From: Hormiphora californensis | Taxonomy: Eukaryota; Animalia; Ctenophora | Reading direction: 5' to 3' | Assembly (NCBI GenBank): GCA_020137815.1 | Contig: CM035359.1 | Span: 6,386,001 to 6,450,000, forward strand | DNA length: 64,000 bases | In this document: positions 44,269-57,800 of the stretch, one piece after another | How the letters are laid out: every line of letters begins with the position of its first letter | Position numbering within the stretch: position 1 is the first letter of the stretch | Made by a program: the position numbers and the translations under genes | Notes under the pieces: model-generated | What the model was told of the DNA's origin: nothing | Databases searched by the model: none | The model's input: the letters and a program-made list of their open reading frames with translations, nothing else

Positions 44269-45660
44269 TAACACATGACAGTAACGTGACTTCATTATAC
44301 CATATTTGGTCATCACCTGATGTGGTCTATGCCATTCCCGCCACTTCTTTGCGGCAGCGGCTGCGCGCGACGAAGATGGCGACGAAGGGTTCTTCGCGCA
44401 AAATTCCGACGCGCAAATCAAAATTGCGCGGCTTTTTAAAAAACGACACTCATTTAAAATTTGACTTTAAAAACTTTAAAACTTGTGCAAGAAAAACTCT
44501 CTCATTTTAATCGTGCGGCGCGCGGCAGAAACTGCAGCGCAGCGCGCAGAAGAACACATTCTTTCGCGCCATCCGTTCAACCTCTCAGTTTAAACTTAAA
44601 GTTGCATTGACACTCAAAAAAGTTGTTGATACTTTTGAAACTGTTTTTAATTTTTCGACACTACTAGACTTTAAACAAACGCGAACGTGCCTTCTGTGAC
44701 ATGTGTAGCTAAACGAAAACCCAAGCTAAAATAGCCCTCAAATCAAGTCATCGCGCGTTACGTACAAGGGTTGGGTTTAAAAGATGGCATGCGAATGTCA
44801 GCAGTGAGTGTGACCCCGCGCGGACTTCTGAACGGTTTTGCGCGCAAGTTGGTGTGCTTTCATTTCGTTTGAGCGGGAACGAGGACAAAGGGATCGGAAA
44901 TTGGACCTGACAGTGACAAATTGAAAGGATCTTTGATTATACGGTAGACCAATATATTAATCAGCCAAATAAGAATAAAATGGACAATCAAATAATCAAA
45001 CGAACACAAATAAATGTATGAAAATTAATTGATTGTTTTTATAAAAACTCTTTATCTTCCCGATTCATTGTTCTTGTTCACTTCATTCCTCCTTTAACAT
45101 ACTCGACCCACTTTTTCGATAAAGCATCAATAAAACAGACGGTCGTCCAACAGTGAACACATCGATATTTGGGATCTTTTCCATAATCACGTCATATTCT
45201 TCGCGTTCATAAAACACCTGAAAGTGAAACAGGATAGAGTGATACTAACAACAACAACAGAGATTAGATGGAAATAAATGAGAATTTAGACTGCGTGTCC
45301 CATGTGTTGACTGTTAACAAATGATTTAGAGACCAAAGAACATTCTTATTTCATCAAAATCAGAGTTGTTCTCTCTTACTTTCACCTGTGCCTGTTTTAA
45401 ACTCACCAATCAACTAGGATCAGCAGTTCATTAAAGATCCCAGAGCTCCTAAACCCCTTCTTCCACTTTCTTGTTGTAACAATCTGTAAAAAGAAAGTTT
45501 TTTGATAATATCGAGTAACTCAGGAAATTGAAATGCCATTTCGGTTAAGGGAAGGAAACCCGGGTTAAAAAGGGCTCTTTTCCTACCATACCCAATTATT
45601 CTTTAAACCGAAGAAAAAAACAGTATTGAACGGAAAAAAATTTTTTCCCCCGGGAATATC

Positions 45661-45731
<71 letters not shown>

Positions 45732-46705
45732 CTTCTTTTCCCCCTCTCGATCTATGCCAATTACCCAACCAATTGGCAATTCCCCGACCCATCATTTACC
45801 CCCAATAGTCCATATTGGTAGATGAAAGATGCATCGGTGCTGGTTACAGTACCAGACGAGTTTGCTGCCCACAGTTCCGTTATTATAGCTGAGTAAGTTA
45901 GGGAGGGGAGAATCGGTCTGTCTACTGTCCAATCCATTGTACCCGGGGATAGTTCCTTATTTCCATCTTCCACGTTGTAGTTGGACCCTAGAGGGGGGAT
46001 AGGCTATTATTGGGGGAGGATGGTTTAGTATGGGCCCATAATGGGAGGAGAAATAAAGGGGAGATGAGAAAGGAGCGAAAAGGGTGGGTGGGAGATATAA
46101 CAAGCTGCAACTGTGTGATAAGATAGTACCTCTGTGTGATAAGATGAGTGTCCCCAGTGAGAGATGTCTGGTATTCCGACCCTCCATGAGCCCGTCCATG
46201 AAAACCCAGTGCCTCTGGATTGGGAGGTAACTGGGGAGGTTCCGAAACATATCCAATATCTAGAGAGGAAGCTGATGGATTTAGGGCACACAACCACAAT
46301 TTAGGGGCACACAACCACAGTTTAGGGCACAAAACCACAAGATCTACAATCCACACAATCCCCAGTTTACTATGTAACCCGTGCTTGTCATGGTGATATT
46401 TGGTTATCTTTACAACCCCCCCACCCTGCCAACCATCTTCCACACTTACCTTAATAATAGGGGCATCCACTTGACTATTTATCGAAGAATTCGATGACTC
46501 TGTCCTCACTCTATCATTACTCATTCTCCGCATGCTGTTTCCACCTGCGGTTATTGCAGGCGGGGTTCGATTCTTGGCGACATGTCACGAAATGGGAGGG
46601 TCTAAAGGGGAAGTAAGACATGTCACGAAATGGTAGGATTCAACGGGGATGTGGTGGATGTGGTCAGAATGATTGAGACGTCAGACGAGTAATAATAAAT
46701 GTTAT

Positions 46706-47110
46706 GGGGGGGGGGGGGGGGGGGGGGCAAGGCCAAAAAAGCCAGATCAATCCCAGAGTTAGGGCGGGTTTAGCTTTTTTGGCCCTACTTTTTTGGTCAT
46801 TTTGGCATGTAATTCTGACATTATATATGGTCTGTATGACATCAAAAACACTTTAAAATGACTTCTTTGATCTAGTTTTACCATTTTATATCGATAGGGA
46901 AAAGATATAATATACCGAAAAAAGTTTGATATAAAAAACAGCCAGATCAAAAATGCCAAAAAAGCCAGATCAGAAAAAGCCAAAAAAAGGCAGATCAAAA
47001 AAAGCCAGATCAAAAAAGCCAGATCATAACTGCCAAATCAAAAAAAGCCAGATCAAAAAAAGCCAAATCAGACCCGGATTTCAGGGCGGATTCGGCTTTT
47101 TTGGCCCCCC
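46706..47110. mobile_element. MITE with GGGGG(G)CCAAAAAAGCC TIRs and AAAAAGCCAGATC subrepeats
   Basis: Inverted termini with a 5-bp direct flank GTTAT (46701-46705, 47111-47115). Confidence 0.55.
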
Positions 47111-47142
47111 GTTATATGGCAGTGACGGCAATCGGCATTGCA

Positions 47143-47930
47143 ATGACAGAGAGAGAATTACAGAGAGAGAATGACAGAGAGAGAATGACAGAGAGAGAAT
47201 GACAGAGAGAGAATGACAGAGAGAGAATGACAGAGAGAGAATGACAGAGAGAGAATGACAGAGAGAGAATGACAGAGAGAGAATGACAGAGAGAGAATGA
47301 CAGAGAGAGAATGACAGAGAGAGAATGACAGAGAGAGAATGACAGAGAGAGAATGACAGAGAGAGAATGACAGAGAGAGAATGACAGAGAGAGAATGACA
47401 GAGAGAGAATGACAGAGAGAGAATGACAGAGAGAGAATGACAGAGAGAGAATGACAGAGAGAGAATGACAGAGAGAGAATGACAGAGAGAGAATGACAGA
47501 GAGAGAATGACAGAGAGAGAATGACAGAGAGAGAATGACAGAGAGAGAATGACAGAGAGAGAATGACAGAGAGAGAATGACAGAGAGAGAATGACAGAGA
47601 GAGAATGACAGAGAGAGAATGACAGAGAGAGAATGACAGAGAGAGAATGACAGAGAGAGAATGACAGAGAGAGAATGACAGAGAGAGAATGACAGAGAGA
47701 GAATGACAGAGAGAGAATGACAGAGAGAGAATGACAGAGAATGACAGAGAGAGAATGACACAGAGAGAGAATGACAGAGAGAGAATGACAGAGAGAGAAT
47801 GACAGAGAGAGAATGACAGAGAGAGAATGACAGCGAGAGAATGACAGAGAGAGAATGACAGAGAGAGAGAGGATAACAGAGAGAGAATGACAGAGAGAGA
47901 ATGACAGAGGGAGAATGACAGAGAGAGAAT
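47143..47930. repeat. (ATGACAGAGAGAGA)n 14-bp minisatellite
   Basis: About 55 tandem copies with period 14; it is the source of the 344/346-aa ORFs. Confidence 0.95.
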
Positions 47931-48037
47931 GAGGGGATGAGAGAATAACAGAGAGAGAATGACAGAATGACAGAATGAGAGAATGACAAAGGGAATGAGA
48001 ATGAGAAAGAGATAGAAAGCGAGAGATAGAGAGCGAG

Positions 48038-48104
<67 letters not shown>

Positions 48105-48125
48105 GAGAGAGAGGGGTCCACTTAC

Positions 48126-48258
48126 CAGGGTCTGTAAATCCATCAATAAAGATCTGCCGGTGATGAGAAGCTGCTGTGAACGGTTCCCCTACAAGAGTGT
48201 TTAGCTCATCTAGTCTGTAGATTATCTTGGCCCAGTAATTTGGTTCCCGGAACGGGAT
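48126..48258 (-). CDS. Exon encoding the N-terminal part of a SMAD MH2 domain
   Basis: AG/GT-bounded exon translating to IPFREPNYWAKIIYRLDELNTLVGEPFTAASHHRQIFIDGFTDP, which matches the MH2 consensus EP..W..I.YYELN.RVGE.F.A......DGFTDP. Confidence 0.8.
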
Positions 48259-48643
48259 CTGAGAGAGTATTGTGTTATTAATAAATTTGATAAACTATTG
48301 AGGTCAGAGGTGGTCTGGGTTAGAGGGGGTTCAAATGCGGGTTACAAGGGGTCTGTTAGGTGGGTTACAAGGGGTCTGTTAGGTGGGTTAGAAGGGGTCT
48401 GTTAGGTGGGTTAGAAGATGGGTAGGGGGCAAGTCTTGCCACCTCTTGCCCGGCAAGAGGTGGGTTAGAAGTAAGAAAATGTCGAGAGGTCAGCAACAAG
48501 TGTTCCAGAGTTGGGTAAAAAGGGGTACGAGAGGTGGGTTAGAAGGGAGCTGAGGTAAAGGACTCAGGAGTGGGTTGGAAGGGGTCCACATGTTGCTTAG
48601 TAGGGATCCAGAGGTGGGTCAATACGTAGTTTGGTTACGCAGA

Positions 48644-48699
<56 letters not shown>

Positions 48700-48748
48700 A
48701 GGAGAGAGAAAGAGATATACACAGAGAGGGAGAGAGAGAGTGAGAGAG

Positions 48749-48794
<46 letters not shown>

Positions 48795-48796
48795 GC

Positions 48797-48846
<50 letters not shown>

Positions 48847-51800
48847 AAGGCAGAGAGAGAGACAGAGAGAGAGAGACACAGAGAGACACAGAGATGAGGA
48901 AATAGAGAAATGGAAAGCCGGGAGAGAGAAAAAAGGGTCGACACATCGAGAAGGGCGGTCACCCCAGCCATGCTAGTGATATTAACATTTAACTGTTCAT
49001 ACCTGATCTTGATGATTTGATTCACTTGCATCGTCTCCCAGCTCCCTTGACTGGGTTAGAATAGCGGGACCCTTAACGCTTCAGTTAATTCATCTTTAAT
49101 TATGAGAAGATTTTCCCTGGTTCAGGTTGCGATAATCTGAAGAGAAGGGTGTTACTAAACGCTAGAATTTGGTAATTTATTGATCCGAAAGCATCCCAAC
49201 ACCTTAACATATTAGGTATCGCTTGTGCTTTCAAAACTTCGCAAACTTCAGTACTTTTAACTTTCTAATTTTGTTTTGTCTTATGGTTTTGTCTTTTGAT
49301 TGACACCATTTAAAGCTACGTTTTCTGCTGGCCCAGTGCTGGGTTTGAATCCTTATTTTGCCATTATCTTGCTTTCAAATGTTTTGGCGCTAAAAGCTAT
49401 GTGTGTCCAAGTGTCAAATAACCACCTTTTGTCCCTCTTTTATCGCACTGTTAGGGTATTTGACCCTTGAACACAGCTTTTACCGCAAAAGGATCTGAAA
49501 GCAAGATAATTGCAAAAGAAGGATTCATTTTCAGCAGAAAATGCAGCCTCAAAAGACTTCCATCAAGACTGAAACGTGGCAAGAACAGTTGGAAAAAGTT
49601 GTAAAGTAAAATTTGGAGAGTTTGAAAAGTTTCGAAAACGGGCGCGAGCCAAAAAAAATCTGTAGGTATTGGGATGCTTTTTGGGGTGGCGCGCGGTAGG
49701 GCTATTGTTGGTTGGGTTTGCCTTTAATGTCCATTTTTTTTCAACTGTTCACCCCCCAAAGTCGTGCGCGGAATTGTTTTGCGCGTTTATCACATGTTAA
49801 CGTGTAGCGCGCGCAGCGTAAATTAAAATATCGCACGCGCACGAGTTGAGGGGTGAACAGTTGAATAAAAATGGACTTTAGTGCATGGTGAAAGTACGAT
49901 TAAAGTACATAATTTGATAATGCGCAAATAGATCTTTCAGGGAATCGGAATTCGGAGAACTGGTTCGGGATTTTCTTTCGGGCTCTCCTTTCGGCCCCGT
50001 AATCTCTTGGAATGCGCTGCAGCCCCCTCATGCGCGCACCCCCGCAACGAGGGGACTGGAGGGAATGCCGCGCGCGCGTTTGGCCTGAGCCCGGCTGGGT
50101 CGAAAATAACTTTGCGGTCGAAAAAACGGCGGTGCTTATAACTTTGGCCCCTGACGTCCGTTTTGCTTGATTCTTTCACTAGCTGTTAGATCTGACAATT
50201 ATCTACCTTGCTGTTTTTGAGAGAAGTTAATTGGACTTGAGGAGGCTGAGCAATAGCCGTTCAAAGATTGGTTGTTTTCAAAAAGTGACGTCACAGGTCC
50301 CTGCAGGGACACTTTGTTTCAAATTTGAATTAAAATCTCGAATTTTTTTATTTTACCGCACTCGATTTTGCGGAGTTTGGTTCATATCTCCTGTTCCTGA
50401 TAAGATACAGACCTGAAACCGGTTGCATTTGAAAGCTGTTATCTTCCTCTTTCCAACGCTACCAAAACGATTTCTGTACCTTATCTGGAACCGGAGATAT
50501 GATTGATTATGTATTCCCCCCTAGCGCGGTATTCCCTCCAGGCCCCTTATATTATATTACTAGAAAGCCCATTGAGATCCCGCAACAGCCCCCCCCCCCC
50601 CACCCGTCCCCATGTATCTCTCCCCCTCTCACTCTTCGTCTATCCATGTCGGGGTAAAGAATACGGAGGTTGGTAGTGGTGATAAACATCAAGGGAAATC
50701 CCGCTGAATAACATGTAGAATCAGGTGATAAAGATCCGTAGAATTGTAGCTGTGTAGAGAATCAACGGGGTACGTGGTAGGTAGAAAGGCTTTGGCAATC
50801 ATGGCGGCCCCAGCAGTAGATCCCAAAACACCAACAACAACAACCACAGGAACACGCAACAAACAACCAATAACATGCACGTGCAGTATCCCCCCTCCAA
50901 TACCCCTCCCAAGCCACCTCCTTGGCAACCCCCTCTATTTGCACGTGATGATAGGTCACCACCATCTTCACCACGACGTTCATTTGCTTATTATAATAGA
51001 GATAAGGGGCCTGCAACGTATGCCAACGTAACACAGTGGACCCACGCGGACAGGTTTTGAGCCCCGAAATTGCACGCGCAAATGAAAGTCCGCGCACACC
51101 ATTTTTAAGAGTTTCAACTTTCCATCGCGCGTTCTGGGAATCTCTGTGAAATAACTTTGCGCATTTTCTCTCACAGTGTGTCCCAGCGTGTACAATCGCG
51201 AATCTTAAGTGGGTGTGAGCCACCCCGATACACTCTGATCTGTTTAGTGTGTTCCTAAATCGGATTAATTTGCTTGAATATCGTTAGTATCAAGTTCAAA
51301 TAAATTACACAGTTAACACAACATACAGTGCAGAAATTCCCATCTCGTGGGTCCTCCATTATAATTTGTTAACTCTAGCTCTCCCGTTTCTCCCACTTTC
51401 ACTCCCCTCACTTTGGCTACAGATGCTGATTAACGTGTATAATTTAGCAATGATAATGTTACTCCTCGGTGTGTGAACTGTGACTGATAACGATTTCTGA
51501 AAGGGATCTCACAACTACAATTGCCGTTTCATCTCACTGATTTCTGATTTACTGCTTACATGAGGAGGTAAGAGTTACTTGCAACAATAAGCAATTTGAT
51601 TTATAGTTTTGCTGATCTCCCTGTTAAGTGGAAACCCACGGCTGTTCTAACTCACCTCTCCTCTCCCCAGATCTCCGCGATTGCATGGGGAAGATGTGCC
51701 TGAGCTGAGATGTCATTTGCGGTTAGGGTGCCTTGATGAGGAATCAAAACACACCCAGTTAGACAGAGTAAACAAGAGTTCTGATGACCGATAACTTTAA

Positions 51801-52198
51801 AAAAATGGTAGGTTAAGAGTAGTGAGTCTGTTTGAGTTAGTTATTTGTTTTTACTACATGAGAAAGTTAGAGTTACTTGCAAAAATTAGCCATTTGGTTT
51901 ATGGTTTTGCTGATCTCCCTGTGTAAACCCACGGCCTCACTTCTAACTCACCCCTCCCCTCCCCAGGTGCTGATCCAATATTTTTACAGTATACTGTATA
52001 ACTCCGCGATTGCATGGGGAAGATGTGCCTGAGCTGAGAATTGAGATGTGATTTGCGGGAAAGGAGTCTTGATGAGGAGTCAAACCACACCCAGTTCATT
52101 TTGGGACCTTCTGAGGGACTAAGCAAATGGTAGGTAATAAGTAGTGAGCGCGAGCCTGTTTGAGTTTTAATTCAAATCTGATAAATCGATATACTCTC

Positions 52199-52234
<36 letters not shown>

Positions 52235-52589
52235 TCACTACATACCCTGGATGATGATTATCCACAATTCCACGTCTTTTCAATCCCCCAGGGAGTGATA
52301 AAGAGTGAATCGATTGGTTATTTCCTGGCACGAATCCAACAATACCTCCGTGGGCATGCCTGGCGAGAAACTGCGGTTCAGGCAACACATGGGCAACGAA
52401 ATGGCACATAACGCCTTGCCAAGGTATAACATGATTCGATCTTTAAATGTAACCCCTCCCGGCCCTCTCCCCTTAGCACTGTAAACTCTCTGTCCCATGA
52501 TACATGTCACCTTCAATATGTGTGCAATATGAAAGTGGTCCAACCTCCCATCTACCATTTGTTTACAAGCCCTCCCCTTCCAGGCGGCA

Positions 52590-52626
<37 letters not shown>

Positions 52627-53966
52627 GTCTCTCTCTCTGTCTCTCTCTCTGTCTCTCTCTCTCTCTCAACTTACCCTTCTTTTCAGGTAACAGTAGGATA
52701 TAGCTCCTTTGAAGTGAAACCCGCCATGATTAGTGGTGTCAGAGAGAAACACTATACGTGAGTCGTGTTAACATATCATTATGTTACAATATCGTCGGAC
52801 AATTCAAGGGACACATGCGTTTATTTACCGGAGTGAGTGTGTGTTTTCAAACTTGTTCTATAAAATGGGAACATCTGATTGAAGTTAAGGATGAATAACC
52901 AAACTTTGGTGTCTGTTGTACCTGTAGTGAGAAAATGAGTTCGTCCCGAGTTGCCTAAATGTTTCTTGTTACCCGAATATATAATGTAATCGATTTTGCT
53001 TTCTGTGAAAGAGTTTTAAATTAAACATATATTTCAGAGTTGTGTGTAACTTATTAGTAATCCTACTTATTACAACAATTGAACCCCACTGTTTCTATTT
53101 GTTTCCGGGCTGCTGATAGGGTTTTATTCTGGCCCGTGAAATTAGGCCAGGTGATGGAAGATGTGGAAAAATCTCCTCTTCGATTTCCGTGCATTTTAAA
53201 ATCTCAAACATGACAAATCCTTGTGTTTTACCACGGCTCGTTGCCAGATGCACCACAAGCTCGAATGATTATTCATATATTAATTTCAATTATTCGGTGC
53301 CTAATCACAAAATCTTCGGTGGGAAAATACTGGGATTGTCTCATTTCCACACTGAGTCCTGAGAGCTCTTAGATGGGGAAGTTCAACTCTCCGCACAAAC
53401 ACTAGCTGGATATGACCGCGCGAGCTGTACAAACGGAGTACAAACGTAAGTACTGTAAGCACTCGTTTAGAACGTTCTTTCCTTCCACGCGCAGCGTTCC
53501 CGCGAGACTCTGTGGGTTCACACCCATCACCGAGTTCACCATTGTTGCTTATATGAGAAAACTAGGGTAGGGCGGAGTAAGATTTTTTTTGGAGGTTAAA
53601 GGGGGACTTCCAACGCTTCTTTCAGTAGCCGCATGATACGCTACTCGATAGGCGTGTTGCTTTATTTTCCACAATGGTCAAAATCACTATTGTTGATCTA
53701 CTGGGCTAAATAAGCACATTTACGCCTACCCAATCAAGCTGCATACACCTACAACGATTCCCTAACAGTCAAAAAAAACTTGGGGTTTCAAAGGTTTCTG
53801 GTTTTCCTGAAAAAGGCAAAAAACGACAGGTCATCGACCGCGCAAATGTCAGTCGCGCAAAGCCTTTGTCCCAAATCGCGCGTTTGGGTCCACTGTGCGT
53901 AATCTCCCGTGTACAAGACACCTCGAGAGATGTACAATTGAAGAAATTAGCCTCTTGCAAACTGTA

Positions 53967-54117
53967 AAGTCGGATTTTTTGAAGTTGTCACCCCCCTTTT
54001 CGTGCGCGGAATGTTTTTGCGCGTCACATCACATGTTAACGTGTGGTGTGCGCGTCAACATTGATAAATTTCACATGCGCGGTCGTTTTGGGGTGACAAC
54101 TTCAAAAAATCCGACTT
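53967..54117. mobile_element. Second copy of the 151-bp MITE
   Basis: TA|AAGTCGGATTTTTTGAAG…CTTCAAAAAATCCGACTT|TA. Confidence 0.85.
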
Positions 54118-54892
54118 TACCGCGGCGCCATACCCCAATTTTATTCTCAAATCTAAGCGCACAGGCCTCAGATGGGGTCGGCAGCGCCAGACAGCTTGCA
54201 AATGATTTCTCAGTCAAAAAAAGGTTGATTCCATATTTCCTAGATTCTTTGAACTTTGAACTTCAGTTTGTGTCACCGGTCACGCGGTTGAGATTTCAAC
54301 AAACGCGACCAACTTCAGCATGTCTCCTTCCTTTCGAGTGGTAGTAGGCTGTAGGAGCGCTTAGATCAATTCCCGCCAAAAGTTGCCCGCCACCCTTTTT
54401 GTGCTTTGTCATAGCTCCTTCATTTCAACTCCAGAAAGTGACCTCCAAGTTATCGAAAGATGAGGGTCATTTTGTGACTTGCTGTAGAGCAAAGGAGTGA
54501 CAGTGGCCTAAATTTCGGGTGGCGCACGACTTTTGCACGTGCATGCTCTAAGCGCTCCTACTATGGTGTAGATGAGGGCACTAAAATGTGTAGAATGACC
54601 AGCAGAACTATTGACTACAATATTGTGAATAACAGTTTTTATCCATACGGCTATGATAAAATTCAAAATTAAACATATTCTTCTGGTATTTGCAATAAAT
54701 AATTTTCATTTGTCAAATAAAAAAGGGAAATTTACACAACACAGTATATTCTCGAATTACAAAAATGTATAAAACAGACAAGGGGTTCCTCCTTCGGCAT
54801 TAAATTGTGTTAGAATTTCGATTCAGTTCAAGTTGTTTCAAATATGTTATAGTTGATTTGTCACCAAGTACTGCTCACAAAAGAAGTAAAGG

Positions 54893-57800
54893 CTATTGTG
54901 AAGGAATATCGGATCGCGGAGGTCTGGGAGGAGCTGGGCCACTCAGGGATGCTCCACTAGACGCTAAAGGAAGTGATGAGGTACTTTCTGATACCTCATC
55001 CTCCTCATTTTCCATGTGATTCAGAATGGGCAGAGTGCTCTCAGCTCTAGAGGTGTAGGGAGGAGGAAGGGATCGAGCGAGGGAACTATCAAAAGAGAGT
55101 GTGCCGTCTGAACCCAAAGGTGGTCGCTCCGGGGACAGAGTCTTGTCAGCGTTCACAGCAAACCTTAATTCTCGTTCACTCAACATATCCTCAATGCTAT
55201 CGTTAAATTGCCGTGAGACGGATAGAGTGGATATTTGTTCAACCATTCCCGTGCGAGTTTGAGGGGCTGTGTTACTCTTCCGAGGTTGGTTGAGTCGGGC
55301 AAGGGACGCTGAGGTTCTGGGTGTCGAGGCTGAGGATGATGGTTTTTCCTCTTGTGCTGCTTTGTCTTTTTTAGAAGGAGGTGGATGGTGTCGGTCAATG
55401 CCGTTACTCTTGTTGTTGGGCGGTGGATTACTTATCAGTTTCACTTGAACGTTAGAGCCTCCTTGTCTCGGCAAACCTGAACAAATTCAAGTTACGATTC
55501 GTAATCTCAACAATATTAGTGCGAATTTGGCAAACTTAACAAACCGTCATCTCCTCAGCTGGTTCTTCTTGTGAAACTTTACAAACCTCTGAATATGGTA
55601 GGGAGGGGGTTGTAACGAATAACCAGGATCAGGGTCCCTGCACAACGAGATCTTTTCTTGGATCTGATAGTGGTGCTTCCACTTTTCTTTGGATCTCCAG
55701 CAAACATTAGCTGTGATACAACCTATCAGGACGGGGAGATTGTTGTTTAGAAGGCGTTTCAGTTATCAACAAGTATGAAACATCAGACCATTCCTTTCTG
55801 CCCAGAAAAGCGAGAAAGGTCCTGTTTGGTGATAATACCTTGTGATCACCAGTTAGGACAGGTAGGTTGCAACTCTCGGCAATGCACACATCCGCTTCTT
55901 TCTGCTGGTCCGCTATTGGTGTGTACCACAACTGGAACAGGAGTAAGTTAGAAGAACTTTCTCTCTTTTGGATACTACCACCAAATGTCACTGTATTCAA
56001 GGTTTACTGAGTTCATGATGTCCAAATAAACTATAATTATCTTACCTGGACTTTGATAGTTTTCTTGTAGGGTTGTTTGGCATGGAATGTTACGAGGCTG
56101 TTCCAGACTGGGTTGGCACCATGCTTGATGGGAACTCTGCACTTCTCCCTCCCGCACTGGATTATACAGTAGACACCTTGGTTAGGTTCAGCTGAAAGAA
56201 ATGAAGTGTTACTATTGTGTTACTGATGTGTTACTGATGTGTTACTGGTGTATTCAGATGTCCACTATTCCCGGGAATCTAGATTTAGGGTTGATACAAT
56301 ATAAACATTGCTAGTAGTGAGTAGATTAAAGATTTCATAGTATTTCTCACCATCATAGCTGTGAGATCTATCGGGGAGGTTCTCCGCCCCAATCAACTCC
56401 ACATCCACCGCCTGTTTCTTTGTCACCGAGGGTGGGGCCGTCTTGAGGGTCCTGGAAAAGATATCGATATTCCGACTTGCAGTAAAAAAGTACACATGAT
56501 TAAGGCCTTGCTTGACAAAAAGGGTTGTAATGGTGATTGGTGGTACGAAATCCCGAACCCTCAGTGCTATAATGTTACCTAATGTTAAGATGGGATGCGC
56601 TGAAACACCTCAGAAGGTACTCTCCAACAACACCAGCTTGATAGGTAGTGGGTATAATGACGTAGTTACCTGGCTCCAAAACTAGCTTCCGCGATACGCT
56701 CTCATCATAGGCATATGTTGCTATGGCAACCTGTGATTTTAAGAGTGTTGTTGTATGCTGGTATTGGAATCTATATTGAACCAGTGTTTTGATCCAATCC
56801 AACACTTACCGGAGCATCCTTGATATCCGTCATCCGGTATTGAATGTTCTCTGGGGCCCTGAACACGGTAAATCCCATACACATGAACCCTTCGTGAGGG
56901 GTGTTCCGTGGTCTAAACCGCTGAACTAGAGATATCACACAGACCCTGTCCTCATCACACGTCTGGCTGATCAGGTACTGGGTGTTGTGCGTCAGGAACT
57001 TGGCCTGAAACATGATCTGATTAGGTACTGGGTGTTGTGTGTCAGGAACTTGGCCTGAAACATGATCTGATTAGGTATTGGGTGTTGTGCGTCAGGAACT
57101 TGGCCTGAAACATGATCTGATTAGGTACTGGGTGTTGTGCGTCAGGAACTTGGCCTGAAACATGATCTGATCAGGGTGTTGTGTGTCAGGAAATTGGCCT
57201 GAAATTAAATTAAATTCTGATCAAGTGCCGCAATTCATATCATGGATGAGGCCTGCAATCTTTCCTGGCTTGACCCTCTCTCCACAACTGCAACCAGGGA
57301 TAATAAATATCTGGGGTTGGATGCTAGACTTACATTGTTTGGTGCACCACCGTCAGTCTTATCCCTATCCCATCGACCATACACACCACACCTGTAAAGA
57401 ACAAGTAGTAGTAAGCTGTAAGACACGGAGAAACAAGTAGTAAAGAACAAGTAAAGAACAAGTACTAAGACATGGGAAAACAGTTCATCAAACTATCATT
57501 CCTCAAATAATTGGAAACCCCAAACTGATATAGCACGTTTTTATTACTGGTACAATTAAACTCTACCTTGTCATGTTAGAGATGGAAGGATCAAATGTGA
57601 GGTGAACCGTTCCCAGGCTGTCGCACGCTTGATGGGACACGTAAACTTTATCAAAAAACGTAACTAGATCATCAAGGGATATCCAAAAATCAAACTCTGA
57701 TTCGCTTATCAGGTCTTGATTGAACACCTATTTAAGTGAGATGTTTCAGTACACAATAGCGGATCTCTACTTAATGGTATCAACATTTCTAATTCTATAA

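Larger units (their letters stand above)
37952..44460 (+). repeat. Older tandem segmental duplication (37952-~40450 and 41454-~44460) separated by the 870-bp palindrome
   Basis: Both copies start TTATTACCAGGTAACAAGAAAGAACATG and are colinear, with substitutions and copy-specific indels or TE insertions. Confidence 0.9.
45078..49136 (-). pseudogene. Divergent or degenerate SMAD-like gene (candidate further exons ~49136-49003, 46544-46450, 46260-46182, 45987-45800, 45483-45407, 45217-45078)
   Basis: Canonical splice sites flank several segments around the MH2 exon. MH2-like residues (KVEEG..ELWDL, CWTTVCFIDAL..KW) appear only across frameshifts or stops. The upstream exon has stops in all three frames. 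No MH1 exon was recognised. Confidence 0.4.

Noticed and set aside
46560-46580. GGTTCGATTC tRNA T-loop motif (similar motif at 32722)
   Set aside because: No cloverleaf or matching A-box; not a tRNA gene.
47081-48146. 344/346-aa ORFs, the longest in the track
   Set aside because: They are translations of a 14-bp minisatellite and (GA)n, not genes.
50010-50564. Helitron (minus-strand start TCTAGTAATAATATATAAG)
   Set aside because: No 3' hairpin plus CTRR end was found, and short inverted motifs are present instead.
52160-52700. Possible exon(s) between CT tracts
   Set aside because: No homology was recognised and no consistent exon chain could be built.
56966-57204. CRISPR-like regular repeats
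   Set aside because: The repeats are head-to-tail with no unique spacers, in a eukaryotic intron/exon context with no cas genes.
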